Below are positions 34,315-43,974 of a stretch of DNA of 47,005 bases, piece after piece. The position numbers and the translations under genes were made by a program. The notes beneath the pieces were generated by a model. It had not been told where the DNA came from, searched no databases, and saw only the letters and a program-made list of their open reading frames with translations. Within the stretch, counting starts at the first letter, position 1. Each line of letters opens with the position of its first letter. Origin of the DNA: a virus (Duplodnaviria > Caudoviricetes); the IMG/VR virus record IMGVR_UViG_3300006918_000004, positions 1-47,005 of that record. One strand, given 5' to 3'.

Positions 34315-34830
34315 TTAAGCTCCTAACAAGGACTCGCCGGTGGAGGAACGCACGGCCTGAGCTACATCCATATTATTCAAGCCTAGCCAACCTTTGGCCT
34401 CCAGCGCAGATACGGTTTTCTCCGCTAGCGCCTTTACCAAAGCTACCTCTCCTGCGTCGAGTATGCCTAGCTGAACAAAAGCGTCTAGCATTGCGCGGGT
34501 ACGCTCGTTGCCTACTTCAAGTCCTGCTTCACGGTCAAGCCATTTTAGTTGCCTAATTAGGCCCTTTTGATACTTCTTCATAGGGTGCTCGTCGGGGAGA
34601 GTAGCTATAGTAAAATCCTCCATAGCCTGAATGAAATTCTCCCCGCCGTCTACGTCTAGGATCGAAGCAAGCCCCCGAGAGCCTATGGTTATAGCTGTGT
34701 CAATTATAGTCTCCGTTCGAGTTGCAAGAGCCAGAACTATATCATTATCGCAGCCAGCCTCAGCCAATGCCTTGAGTTCGAGGTCAGTCTTAATATACTC
34801 CCGAATCTCGGTAATTTGTTCTGGAGTCAT
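34315..34830 (-). CDS. hypothetical protein
   Basis: operon context. Confidence 0.7.
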   Translation of the reverse strand: MTPEQITEIREYIKTDLELKALAEAGCDNDIVLALATRTETIIDTAITIGSRGLASILDVDGGENFIQAMEDFTIATLPDEHPMKKYQKGLIRQLKWLDREAGLEVGNERTRAMLDAFVQLGILDAGEVALVKALAEKTVSALEAKGWLGLNNMDVAQAVRSSTGESLLGA

Positions 34831-34838
34831 ATCAGCCT

Positions 34839-35237
34839 CTATGCATTTCCGCGAGTGATAGTGAAACTGCTAATGCTTACCGGTTGCCCTGCTGTGATGG
34901 AGGTCGTGGTAAGCTCCAAATCCCCTCCACCGCCGGTAGCTGTTACTGAACCATCCAGAACGTGCGTGGAACCGTCTGATTTAACTATACGGAACCAAGA
35001 AGCTGTATCAGTGGCATCTGCCCCTGAATCTTGTGTAACAGCCCCGAAAGTAAGTACAGCCGAAGCGACTGAACCTATCGTAGCCCCGCAGGTAAGTTGT
35101 GCAAGAAGCGTAGTAGCGGCTCCTCCGGTAGCCGGGCGAGACCCATTGTATATACGAATAAGCGCCCCCGAGCCTGCGTAATCTACAATAGCTTGAAGTT
35201 GATTATTTCTGAGTGTAGTTGCGTAACCTGCTGCCAT
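34839..35237 (-). CDS. virion structural / head-decoration-like protein
   Basis: IRIYNGSRPAT...ASWFRI...DGSV pattern of small phage structural proteins. Confidence 0.65.
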   Translation of the reverse strand: MAAGYATTLRNNQLQAIVDYAGSGALIRIYNGSRPATGGAATTLLAQLTCGATIGSVASAVLTFGAVTQDSGADATDTASWFRIVKSDGSTHVLDGSVTATGGGGDLELTTTSITAGQPVSISSFTITRGNA

Positions 35238-35249
35238 AGTGTAACTCCT

Positions 35250-36854
35250 CTAAATGCGTTGCAAAGTACGATATTTTACTGCCGGGAAACGCTCAACAGC
35301 TCCTAGATTTGGCGGGGAGTAGAACTGTCTACTATAGAAATCCTTGCCGCCTAGAGGAACCCCGGTGCTGATGCAACTAGCTGCTTCCGGCCTATGCAAA
35401 GCATTAAGCTCGGGGTCAGTTGTTATAGATGACGCGGCTAATGTATGATTAATTGGATCGGAGAAACCATAGAAACAGTTGTTAGATTCACCCGCCCATG
35501 TGTCTCCGTTTACTCTAACAGAAGGGACTGAATCTGACGCAGTAAATATGTTATTACGCACAAGATTCGCTGCCTTATCAGCAGTGGACAGCATGTCTAC
35601 AGCCCTTGCGCAGCGGAGGAAAGTGTTGTTGTGGATATCAGAAGATTGGCCTGCTTCCTTGTTTCCGAAGTGAATCCCACAATAGGCGTCTTCTATTAAA
35701 TTGCCATAGGCTCTTACATTCGTTGAATCCAGTACGGTAATGCCATTTCCACTGTAATATATCCCCGGAAGCCCCATCAGTCTCTTGAAGTGGTTTCCAT
35801 AGGCTACAGAGTCCCTCGTGTCGTGATCGAAGAGGACTCCAGTTCCATCAATAGTGCCTGTTGTTATGTCCTCGGCGTAGTTATCGAAAACTTTGTACGT
35901 GCCATAGAAAACGTTGACCATTCCTGTAGGCCCATGCAGAACGTAGCCCTCATTACGGGCTATAATGTTCTCCCCAAAGTCTGGGGTAAGTGACGGCCCG
36001 AAGCCTCCTATAGCCATTCCGCCGCCGATAGTGCCCACAGCTTGCTGATTGTAGATTTTGTTATCTGTTACTCGAATTCCTGTATTCAGGCCGTAACCGC
36101 TACTCAAGCCGTCATTAGTCTCAGTCTTGCCGTAAATTTCCATTGCAGCCGCGCCACAATTGGTAAACGTATTACCTGTGATAATGATGTCAGACATTTT
36201 TGCGTCTACGTGTGCGTCATCCTGAATCCACATCTCAATAACAGCTCTATTCGATGTGCAGCCGGTGAAACGATTATTAGTAATAGTGACTCGATCCAAG
36301 GCTGTAAGCGGAGCATTGGAGGCTGCTCCGAGCCAGCTTATTGCCGACCCTAAACTTGAGCCGGAGCCTCCGATGAAATCAGTATTGTTTATTATCAGGT
36401 CGGTGTGGATTGTGCCTGATGAATTGTCCAAAGAGATTATAGATGCTGTCCCCCCGTTGAGCGTACAGCTATCTATCGTGACTCCGGCGATAGGAGCTAG
36501 CGCAAAGAAGTAGATGCAGAAGCTCTTGTTCCCTGTAATCGTGAGATCGGCAAGCGTTGTATAGCTGCGAGCAATTTGAAAAAACACTCCTCCAGTAGCT
36601 GTAACAGTTATTGATCCGGGGTCAGGGGAATAACCGCGAATAATAACGCGGCCTGCTTCATCTAGAGCCCCGTGGTTACCTACAGCTGCAGTTGATGTGA
36701 TAGAATGCGCTCCACAGACGTATAACGTGTCTCCGGCCTTGACTCCAGACGCTCCCCAGACTATCGCTGCCCAACCTCCCCAAGCAGTCTCATAGGATGT
36801 GCCATCACGGGTTCCGCTGTGTGAAGTATCAGGACGAACAAACCAGTCTGCCAT
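35250..36854 (-). CDS. right-handed beta-helix (pectate-lyase-like) spike / depolymerase
   Basis: AGDTLYV start, repeated ITNNRF/ITGNTF/IHNNTF/VRNNIF rungs. Confidence 0.75.
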   Translation of the reverse strand: MADWFVRPDTSHSGTRDGTSYETAWGGWAAIVWGASGVKAGDTLYVCGAHSITSTAAVGNHGALDEAGRVIIRGYSPDPGSITVTATGGVFFQIARSYTTLADLTITGNKSFCIYFFALAPIAGVTIDSCTLNGGTASIISLDNSSGTIHTDLIINNTDFIGGSGSSLGSAISWLGAASNAPLTALDRVTITNNRFTGCTSNRAVIEMWIQDDAHVDAKMSDIIITGNTFTNCGAAAMEIYGKTETNDGLSSGYGLNTGIRVTDNKIYNQQAVGTIGGGMAIGGFGPSLTPDFGENIIARNEGYVLHGPTGMVNVFYGTYKVFDNYAEDITTGTIDGTGVLFDHDTRDSVAYGNHFKRLMGLPGIYYSGNGITVLDSTNVRAYGNLIEDAYCGIHFGNKEAGQSSDIHNNTFLRCARAVDMLSTADKAANLVRNNIFTASDSVPSVRVNGDTWAGESNNCFYGFSDPINHTLAASSITTDPELNALHRPEAASCISTGVPLGGKDFYSRQFYSPPNLGAVERFPAVKYRTLQRI

Positions 36855-37433
36855 TTAATCCCCCACTCGGTGGAGAACGCAAAAGTATTCAAGTGTAAGA
36901 GTGTCGCTGCCGCTTGCTCGTTGCCCGGTGATCTCCACTATTACGTCAGCAGAGAAATCAATAGCAAAGGTTTGTGGAGTTGTGGAGCTAATGATCACAT
37001 AATAGCTATCATACATATTGATCTGGGAGGTAAGCGAATTGCGATTTGCTATCCCGACCAGCGGAGCGTCTTTAACTGAGGTTGTGCGAGTAACATTGAA
37101 AATTGTCACACCTCCTACTTTAATCTTCAGAACCTTGTTATTTGCACTGTTCGTGTACGTCCACAAAGGCTCAAATAGAAGAATACTGTTTTCCAGTATC
37201 TCTCCGGCGGGAATAGTGAAGGAGGCTAGTACCTCGTCCGTTCCGGTGGAAGTGCAGGAAGCCGCGACAGCTGAAGAACTCAGTACTCCAACGGGCTTTT
37301 CCACCAGTCGATATTGAGCGTCAGATTCAAATTGATTAGAATGCCTTACTACTTCCGGGTACATCTCCTCGAGAATTTGAGCCTGTTGCGAAGTAAAGCC
37401 ATGACGCACAAGCTTTTTTACTGTGTCGCTCAT
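36855..37433 (-). CDS. putative virion protein
   Basis: beta-rich, structural operon. Confidence 0.6.
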   Translation of the reverse strand: MSDTVKKLVRHGFTSQQAQILEEMYPEVVRHSNQFESDAQYRLVEKPVGVLSSSAVAASCTSTGTDEVLASFTIPAGEILENSILLFEPLWTYTNSANNKVLKIKVGGVTIFNVTRTTSVKDAPLVGIANRNSLTSQINMYDSYYVIISSTTPQTFAIDFSADVIVEITGQRASGSDTLTLEYFCVLHRVGD

Positions 37434-38098
37434 ACTGGTTCCTTTATTATTGTCCCAACATAGTCATGAGTGTAATTAAAGTTTCCAATGTGACCTATCT
37501 CGTGGCTCAACCGATGGTCGATATAGATAGGAATATTGCGGCGTTCCATAGCTTCGCACAGAGTCCAATCCTCTCCTTGGTAGGTATCAGTCTCCGGTTT
37601 GTAGATCATAGAGAAGGAGTCATGAGGGATCTGGAGATAAGCTCTGCGGGAGAGCAGCATTACTCCGGTACCTACTCGCCAAACACGCTCCAGACCTATC
37701 GACTCAGGATCAGAGAAAACAGGCGCTCCCTGTGGGTCCTCGTTGTAGGAACGAGCTGTGGTCATGGCCGGGATAGTCTTAGTCACGCAATTCGCCGCGA
37801 CACAGTCCTTGCCATGTTTCAGCAGGCGGTTAAGGGTGTCTGGAGGAAACGTATGATCAGAATCCAGGTACAACAAATGAGTCGCATTAACCTGTTTCGC
37901 TGCCTTTAGCCCCTTTAGTCTAAGGTTCGGAAGGATTGAGCCTCGGACATTTGTTACTTGATATTGCTGCACCCGGGAGGTTCCTACCCTATTATTCCCG
38001 AAGTAGCCAAGCATACTAATTAAGCTCGTGCCAAATTCTGCGAGCCAGTGCGTTCCCGAAGGAACTACGATGAGGATATTGAGATTTTCTGAGGGCAT
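37430..38098 (-). CDS. GT-A fold (GT2-like) glycosyltransferase
   Basis: ILIVVPS, LLYLDSDH (DxD), GTGVMLL, GEDWTLC, IGH. Confidence 0.8.
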   Translation of the reverse strand: MPSENLNILIVVPSGTHWLAEFGTSLISMLGYFGNNRVGTSRVQQYQVTNVRGSILPNLRLKGLKAAKQVNATHLLYLDSDHTFPPDTLNRLLKHGKDCVAANCVTKTIPAMTTARSYNEDPQGAPVFSDPESIGLERVWRVGTGVMLLSRRAYLQIPHDSFSMIYKPETDTYQGEDWTLCEAMERRNIPIYIDHRLSHEIGHIGNFNYTHDYVGTIIKEPV

Positions 38099-38114
38099 AG
38101 TATGGAAGAGAATA

Positions 38115-38167
38115 AGGGGAGTAAATGTCTACATTATATCGGATATAATATCCACAAATACTCCCCT
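38115..38167 (-). terminator. hairpin after the major capsid gene enclosing palindromic site copy 4 (38126-38156)
   Basis: AGGGGAGTA...TACTCCCCT outer stem, T-rich tail on the - strand; inner TGTCTACATTATATCGGATATAATATCCACA. Confidence 0.6.
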
Positions 38168-38173
38168 AACAGC

Positions 38174-39382
38174 TTAAGTCACTACAAAGTTACTGAGCCA
38201 CGCAGAGGTCTTCAGGTGGGCAAATTCGAAGCCGATTTCCGACAGCCACTGACCTTTCTTGCCGTCGGCATCGTTGTCTTGAATATTGTCCTTGAAGTGC
38301 GTATCTCGCATAGTCCGAATCTTGAACGTGGACGGATCAAGAATCATCATGTCGTTCGTGAAACGGGCATGCAAGTTAAACAGCGGATGAGTCTTGACAT
38401 AGAGCGTGCCTTGAGGCATGATCCATTTCTGGAGCTTCATCCCGTACTGATTGATGACGCCATCGAAGTGGACACGCGTCCGACTTTGGTTTTTAGCCAG
38501 TGCATTCAGACTGTTCAGCGCTCCATTCCCAGCCAGTACAATCCGCTCATCGCCGGCGCCAGTATCGTAGTTGAACACTTTGTATACGGCATCAGTGAAT
38601 TGCGTCTCGGTCGGGGTCGTAGAAAAGACTGTGATCATGTCTGGAGCATACTGCGACAGCATGTAGAGGAATCCACCGCTGGAACGCATCGGCTTGCCAT
38701 TCGGACCAGTCGTCTCGTGCCTTTTACCGAAGATCGCGGCAAATTCCAGTGCGACAGAGTGATCGAACATCTTGCGCTTCTTGTCGTTCTTCACCGGGTC
38801 GCCTGTACGAGCCTTGGTATTGGTCGCAGTGTTAGTGATCTCGTAGACAGTCTTGAAGATTTGGACGAGGTTGTAAAGCTTCGTCGGATTTCTCGTGGAA
38901 GCGGTAGGTGCCCCGGAACCTTCCTCGAATATGTTCCCGATTTTCGTCAGGTTTGCTCCTACAGTAATCCCTGCAGCCGTCGTCCCGAGCTGCCCCCGTT
39001 TGAACACAACAGTCGTAGTATTCGTCACAGAGCTAGCCATGATCACTTCATGATCGTAGGCAGAAGTTAATGTCTTCTCAACCATGAACAAGTCGCCCGG
39101 GATTACGTCCTGCGCATCTTGCAGATTCGAGCTGACCACGATCGAAGTGTCAGATGAAGAGTACGCCGTGCCATTCGCCATAGTCAGGCGGAGCGCGTTC
39201 ATTTCTTCTTCCCACCACGAGAACTCAGGGTCATTGACTGACTCTGATTTCATTTTCGCCGAGAGCGCAAGCAAAGGGGCCTGCCCATTCGGACTGCGCC
39301 AGAGAATTGCTTCCCTGAAACTCTTTGGTCTTTCATCGGTGCCCCAGTCTCCTGTGCCCCGCATTCCAGCAATAGCTGCCAT
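38174..39382 (-). CDS. major capsid protein (SU10/DUF5309-like)
   Basis: 402 aa after scaffold; NLVQIFK, FGKR, SGG, EIGFE patterns; strong RBS. Confidence 0.8.
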   Translation of the reverse strand: MAAIAGMRGTGDWGTDERPKSFREAILWRSPNGQAPLLALSAKMKSESVNDPEFSWWEEEMNALRLTMANGTAYSSSDTSIVVSSNLQDAQDVIPGDLFMVEKTLTSAYDHEVIMASSVTNTTTVVFKRGQLGTTAAGITVGANLTKIGNIFEEGSGAPTASTRNPTKLYNLVQIFKTVYEITNTATNTKARTGDPVKNDKKRKMFDHSVALEFAAIFGKRHETTGPNGKPMRSSGGFLYMLSQYAPDMITVFSTTPTETQFTDAVYKVFNYDTGAGDERIVLAGNGALNSLNALAKNQSRTRVHFDGVINQYGMKLQKWIMPQGTLYVKTHPLFNLHARFTNDMMILDPSTFKIRTMRDTHFKDNIQDNDADGKKGQWLSEIGFEFAHLKTSAWLSNFVVT

Positions 39383-39391
39383 TTGTTACTC

Positions 39392-40333
39392 CTAGTCGTC
39401 AGATATAAGTGTATCCCATATGTTTGGAGATTGAATCTGACTTCCGCCTCCCCCTGCTCTTGAGGGGGTAAATGGCATAACTTGTGCCGGGCTAGGAGTC
39501 GACGGGACAGACGTAGGCACAGCCGTAGGTTGTTGTACCGGGGATGGTGCTTGCGTCTGGAAGGGGAGACCGAGAGACATTCTGACCATGTCTCCGATCA
39601 TCTTTACAGCTTGTTCCTTTGTCGCAGTAGGATTCGCGGCGCGGAACATTTGACCTACTTTCAGAATGGCATCCTCATGCCCTTGGAGGTCAGGGTTCGC
39701 AGTGAAGAAGTCAGTCCGGGCCTGTTGCTCGATCGTGGCCTGTTGCTGGTGCTGGGCAAGCATCTGCGGGAGCATAGATTGCAGGGCTGCCATAGCGCTC
39801 TTAGTAATAGCCACGTGCATATTCGCAGCCATTTTCGGCAGTACTATCTCCGGCTCGGTTTGCAGCTTCTGAGCATCCTCGTCATTGATAGCGTAGACTT
39901 TCTCCAGCTGAGCTAGTTGCTCTTGCTCTATCGCACCGTAGTCCAGAGTAGGCTGAACTGGAACCACGGGGATCTTAGGGGTAGGCTCCACAGAAACTAC
40001 GGGGGAGGTCGTAGCTGGCGCTGTCGGCGGCACGACAGTCTGCGGAGCCTGTACGGGTGCAGCCACAGGAGCATTAGGTACCAGGGGCTCGGCGGTCTTG
40101 TTTACCTGTTGCTGCTGCGGCTGCGAAACTGGAGTCTGGGGAGCGTCTGCCGGGGGAGCTACATTGAGCACCTCCACATCACCTTCAACAGTGGTAGACA
40201 AGTCCTCGCCATTGTCATCAGCGCCTTGTGCACCAGCATACTCATCCCAATTAATACCGGAGTCATTCTCCAGTACGGGAGCAGCGGCAGGCGCTGCGAT
40301 TGGTTCAGGGAGTTCCATCGTCAAGTCCGGCAT
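39392..40333 (-). CDS. scaffolding protein
   Basis: Pro/Ala/Gln-rich, between portal and capsid. Confidence 0.65.
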   Translation of the reverse strand: MPDLTMELPEPIAAPAAAPVLENDSGINWDEYAGAQGADDNGEDLSTTVEGDVEVLNVAPPADAPQTPVSQPQQQQVNKTAEPLVPNAPVAAPVQAPQTVVPPTAPATTSPVVSVEPTPKIPVVPVQPTLDYGAIEQEQLAQLEKVYAINDEDAQKLQTEPEIVLPKMAANMHVAITKSAMAALQSMLPQMLAQHQQQATIEQQARTDFFTANPDLQGHEDAILKVGQMFRAANPTATKEQAVKMIGDMVRMSLGLPFQTQAPSPVQQPTAVPTSVPSTPSPAQVMPFTPSRAGGGGSQIQSPNIWDTLISDD

Positions 40334-40616
40334 TTTCCTCGTCCTCTTGCTTGTTCTGAATATCGAAAGTTAAATTTTGAATAGCTGTCTCGAGCAATTT
40401 CGCCCAAGACAACCGCCCCTCCAGCTGGCCTTTTTTATACTCCTGGGCCACTAAGCTGTCAACGTTCGAGCATGGGCTAAATAAGATTTCTTGCTGGAGT
40501 GTATCTACTTGCCCTTGCACCAGCGAATTAAGATGGAGGAAAGCTCGATTCTCGGCGAGCTCCTCCAGGGCCTTTTTCTGTTCAATCAATGAGTGAGATT
40601 CTAGTGGTGAGGTCAT
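40305..40616 (-). CDS. small protein between portal and scaffold
   Basis: EYKKGQLEG helix; conserved podovirus position. Confidence 0.65.
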   Translation of the reverse strand: MTSPLESHSLIEQKKALEELAENRAFLHLNSLVQGQVDTLQQEILFSPCSNVDSLVAQEYKKGQLEGRLSWAKLLETAIQNLTFDIQNKQEDEENAGLDDGTP

Positions 40617-42529
40617 TATCCAGTTGCTCCTACGTTAGGGATTTGCCCGGGCTCAGCAGGATTCCCGGGGGCTATCCCGGCGACAGGGACTGAGTTACCT
40701 GCGGCAAGTTGCTGTTGCATCAGGGCATCGGGCATAAGTTGTACTCGGAATTGCGTAATATTCTTCAGGCCCGCGAGCTGAGCTACGAACGCAAACATCT
40801 TCGGCATATCGTAAGCAGCCATTACATTCGGCATAGCTGATAACCCGGAGAATATCTGCTGCCAGAGATTGGCCTGAGCGAAACGATCGACGGGGAGAGT
40901 TCCATCTACTGGTACAAAATCATAAAAGCCAGCGATCTGTTCCGGGGAGACTGAGATATAACGCTCGCCCCATTGGGACAAATCGCCTACTATCTTGAAC
41001 TTTCTATCCATGTCGTACATCTGCTGAGTGAGCTGAATCATCTTCTGCGTCAAGGGGCCGAAGCCGGTGGCACTCCACCATTCCCCGGTAGTCTTGAGCC
41101 TACTCATTCCGAAGTTCGTGGAGCCTCTTACCTCAGTAGCTGTCTTTCTGCCGGAGGTATTCACCTGCCCCATAATATTATCAGTCGCCCCGGTGACCCT
41201 TTGCATTAGCTGTGAGACTGCCTCTGTATCAGCCATGTGAGAGCGGGTAACGTCCACGGTCTGAAATTGCTTCACGAACGAGTCTATAGGCAAGCCATAG
41301 GCTGCTGGCTTCAACCGAACGAGTCTGCCGGGATTGGGATCAGTCATATCCCTCATTTCTACTTTACTCGGATCGACGAAGAACATGTCGTTCAACGTCT
41401 TCCGGACGTTGTAGAAGTGAGAGTTAAACAGCCACGTGATAGTATCGTTCAGGCTCTTGGTGATCTCCAGCGCGGAGCGATTGAAGAGTTCATATCCGCC
41501 TATCTCGTACTCCAGTACGTCGAAGGGCCACTTATTATGAAACAGCCCGAGGGGCTGGGCGCCAATGATAATCTGCTCATTTACGACTGTGAATACCCAG
41601 CGCTCCGGGTTGGGACTAGAAGTTAGCCCGTACTCATTAGGAATAAGCTCGAAGTAAAACTCATGCAAAGATACGCGGGTAGGAGCTGTGCCATTGTCCA
41701 TCCGGAGGGCAGTATCTAGCCAGCCATTGTCCGGGAGAGTCGTCCGGGGCGAGCCCAAGTCCCGATCCTTAGCATAGTGCGTAGCTGCTTCCTTCGCCCG
41801 GTCTACATTGAAATAGCGCCCGGCGTTCTTCCCCTCGACAATCTTATTCCAGCCGAGCTGATTGAAGCGGATGACGAATTCTCCATCTTGGAATTTCATC
41901 AGAGGTACACGGGGATCGAAGAGGAAGTCCTGGGGCCTGACGTTGTAGAGCCTAGCTCCTACATAACCCCGGGTCTGGATAGTCTCCTTTACCTTTTGGC
42001 TAGTTCCTGGAATCTCTGCCCCGAGGAATGTCTTAGGCTTATCCACTATCTGAGTCGTGGTGATAAGTTCCTCGTCCCAGTAGTGCCCGATAACTCCGTG
42101 GCCGTAGCGAAGAGGGTCCAGTAACCAGACATATAGGGCAGGAAGTCCTCCACCCGCGGTAAGCTGATAATCCAAGAGTGCCTCGATGGATTGCTCTGCC
42201 TGCTGGCTCTCACCGTGGCGGCCAGTCACCTGCATGATCGGGGTACGCGACAGGAAGATAGAAGCCAGATATGTGTGCAGGGTAAGCATCATGGCATAGC
42301 TATAGGGGACTTCAATAGTCGTGTACTGCGGCTGGCCCGAGCGACGGGATTGCTTCCTTAGCTCGTCATTCTCACTCGCCGGGATATACGCCTTGAGCAT
42401 ATCCTCATTCTCGCTCCATTTGTCTGAGCGCTGGGAAAGGCCGCTCCGGGCAATCTTTAGTCGCTCCCGAAAGGCTGAGATGATTTGCGTGTGCTGTTTA
42501 CTGCCAAAGGGGATTTCCATCAGGGGCAT
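40616..42529 (-). CDS. portal protein
   Basis: 637 aa after terminase; LRYGHGV, VTGATDNIMG, TATEV motifs. Confidence 0.85.
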   Translation of the reverse strand: MPLMEIPFGSKQHTQIISAFRERLKIARSGLSQRSDKWSENEDMLKAYIPASENDELRKQSRRSGQPQYTTIEVPYSYAMMLTLHTYLASIFLSRTPIMQVTGRHGESQQAEQSIEALLDYQLTAGGGLPALYVWLLDPLRYGHGVIGHYWDEELITTTQIVDKPKTFLGAEIPGTSQKVKETIQTRGYVGARLYNVRPQDFLFDPRVPLMKFQDGEFVIRFNQLGWNKIVEGKNAGRYFNVDRAKEAATHYAKDRDLGSPRTTLPDNGWLDTALRMDNGTAPTRVSLHEFYFELIPNEYGLTSSPNPERWVFTVVNEQIIIGAQPLGLFHNKWPFDVLEYEIGGYELFNRSALEITKSLNDTITWLFNSHFYNVRKTLNDMFFVDPSKVEMRDMTDPNPGRLVRLKPAAYGLPIDSFVKQFQTVDVTRSHMADTEAVSQLMQRVTGATDNIMGQVNTSGRKTATEVRGSTNFGMSRLKTTGEWWSATGFGPLTQKMIQLTQQMYDMDRKFKIVGDLSQWGERYISVSPEQIAGFYDFVPVDGTLPVDRFAQANLWQQIFSGLSAMPNVMAAYDMPKMFAFVAQLAGLKNITQFRVQLMPDALMQQQLAAGNSVPVAGIAPGNPAEPGQIPNVGATG

Positions 42530-43974
42530 GATCTAAACTCCAGTTTCTTTAGTGAAGGTTCATTGACTGAGTCATACTCGGCCTCAATCCAGTCGTCTAT
42601 CTGCATCTGCGCGCCAGCCTCAATTCCCATAGCTGCACAGTCCAAGACATCGTCATGCTCTTTAGACAAAGGGGAGTAACTGGTATATTGCTGGATAAAC
42701 TTTGTCTGGTTCGTGCGAATGAAGAGGCGTCCGAGAGCTGACGCGTTCCCGAGAGCCTGGATAATGCGGTCAGACTTCTTGCGCCTATCCTGGACAGCGT
42801 GGACAGCCACGTATCTTCGGGCCTTCGCCATAGCCTGCTCGAGGAATGTCTTGAGAACCTTTTGATAGCCTATAGTCTCGACCCAGATTCCAAGGAGAGT
42901 ATATTGATGCGACCACTGGATAATAGTATTTGCCACAACCTCCGGAAGCTCGCCTTTCTCCGCCGTGTAGTCTACTATATAAATATTCCGTTTCCAGAAA
43001 GCCAAAAGCATAGCTACCTGATCGTCCGCAGTCTTCATCTCACTACTGGCCGGGTCAATAGCCACCAGATAGACAGGGTTCTCCGGGAGTATATCGAAAT
43101 ACTTCAAATTGTCCGGGTTGAATGAGGCGCCTCCCTCGGGGACTATTTCGCACTCCTTCTCCCGCATCCAGAGAGCTAATTGCCCGCGGTCTATATGCGC
43201 CTTCTTGTCAGCGAGCAGTACCTCTGTCGGATAACGTTCTGGCCAGCGGCTATTCCCGCGCTCGTCAAAGCAACCGAACTTGAGCGTGAGCCACTGCGGG
43301 TCCTTCCGGCAAGTGTCTATCACGTCTCCATGGGCGATAGGAGTCTGCATCAGTACCATCTTCGCGTGGGGAGATTCGGAGGCTGGAGCCAGTGACTTCG
43401 CAAGTGCCCCGAAGAACAGATCGTTAGACTTCTTCCTCTGCTCAATAGAGCCGGCAGTCTCCTCATTATCTATATCGTCAGCACCTATGAAGTCTGGCCG
43501 GCGATCATTCAGGTTAAAGCCCCGAAGCTGCCCGGTCATTCCAAGGGCCAAGATGTAGATCGGATACTCATCTATGCCGTGGATGATCTCGATCTCTTCG
43601 CTGGTCCAGCGCCCTCCCCGGCGAAGTTGAAAGGTACTAGCCCATAGCGTATTGAACTCTATCTGCCGCTTAACCCAGTCAAGAGTCTTAATTGAATGAG
43701 ACTGGGAATTGGAGACAAGCAGCCCGGTGTGCGTCAGACCATAGGCAATTCGCTTCGAGACGAACATGCGGAACTTAGAGGTTTTAGCCCCATCCCGGTG
43801 GATCATCAGAGCTACATACCTCGCATCTGACTCCAACGCAGCATCTATCTCATAGTGGAATTCTGGAGCCGCCTGCCGGACAGTCTTTCCGAAGAAGGTC
43901 TTTTCATATAGCCTATTATCTACCGCGCAGAGCTGAACCAGTTCCACGGGAGGCACATCAATCAGGGTCGCCAT
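42520..43974 (-). CDS. terL: terminase large subunit
   Basis: HRDGAKTS (variant Walker A), RPDFIGADDID, AIDPA, HDDVLD. Confidence 0.88.
   Translation of the reverse strand: MATLIDVPPVELVQLCAVDNRLYEKTFFGKTVRQAAPEFHYEIDAALESDARYVALMIHRDGAKTSKFRMFVSKRIAYGLTHTGLLVSNSQSHSIKTLDWVKRQIEFNTLWASTFQLRRGGRWTSEEIEIIHGIDEYPIYILALGMTGQLRGFNLNDRRPDFIGADDIDNEETAGSIEQRKKSNDLFFGALAKSLAPASESPHAKMVLMQTPIAHGDVIDTCRKDPQWLTLKFGCFDERGNSRWPERYPTEVLLADKKAHIDRGQLALWMREKECEIVPEGGASFNPDNLKYFDILPENPVYLVAIDPASSEMKTADDQVAMLLAFWKRNIYIVDYTAEKGELPEVVANTIIQWSHQYTLLGIWVETIGYQKVLKTFLEQAMAKARRYVAVHAVQDRRKKSDRIIQALGNASALGRLFIRTNQTKFIQQYTSYSPLSKEHDDVLDCAAMGIEAGAQMQIDDWIEAEYDSVNEPSLKKLEFRSCP

Noticed and set aside
31190-36854. Diversity-generating retroelement acting on fibre genes
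   Set aside because: No reverse transcriptase, and no TR/VR pair noticed.
38126-38156. Protelomerase telRL or Xer dif site
   Set aside because: The core loosely resembles telRL, but there are four copies with an odd-length centre and no protelomerase or tyrosine recombinase; arm orientation does not fit dif.
38102-39070. 322-aa + strand ORF antisense to the capsid gene, and similar long antisense ORFs (5371..6039, 19133..19915, 32594..33196)
   Set aside because: Shadow frames of well-supported genes; no motifs or convincing RBS.
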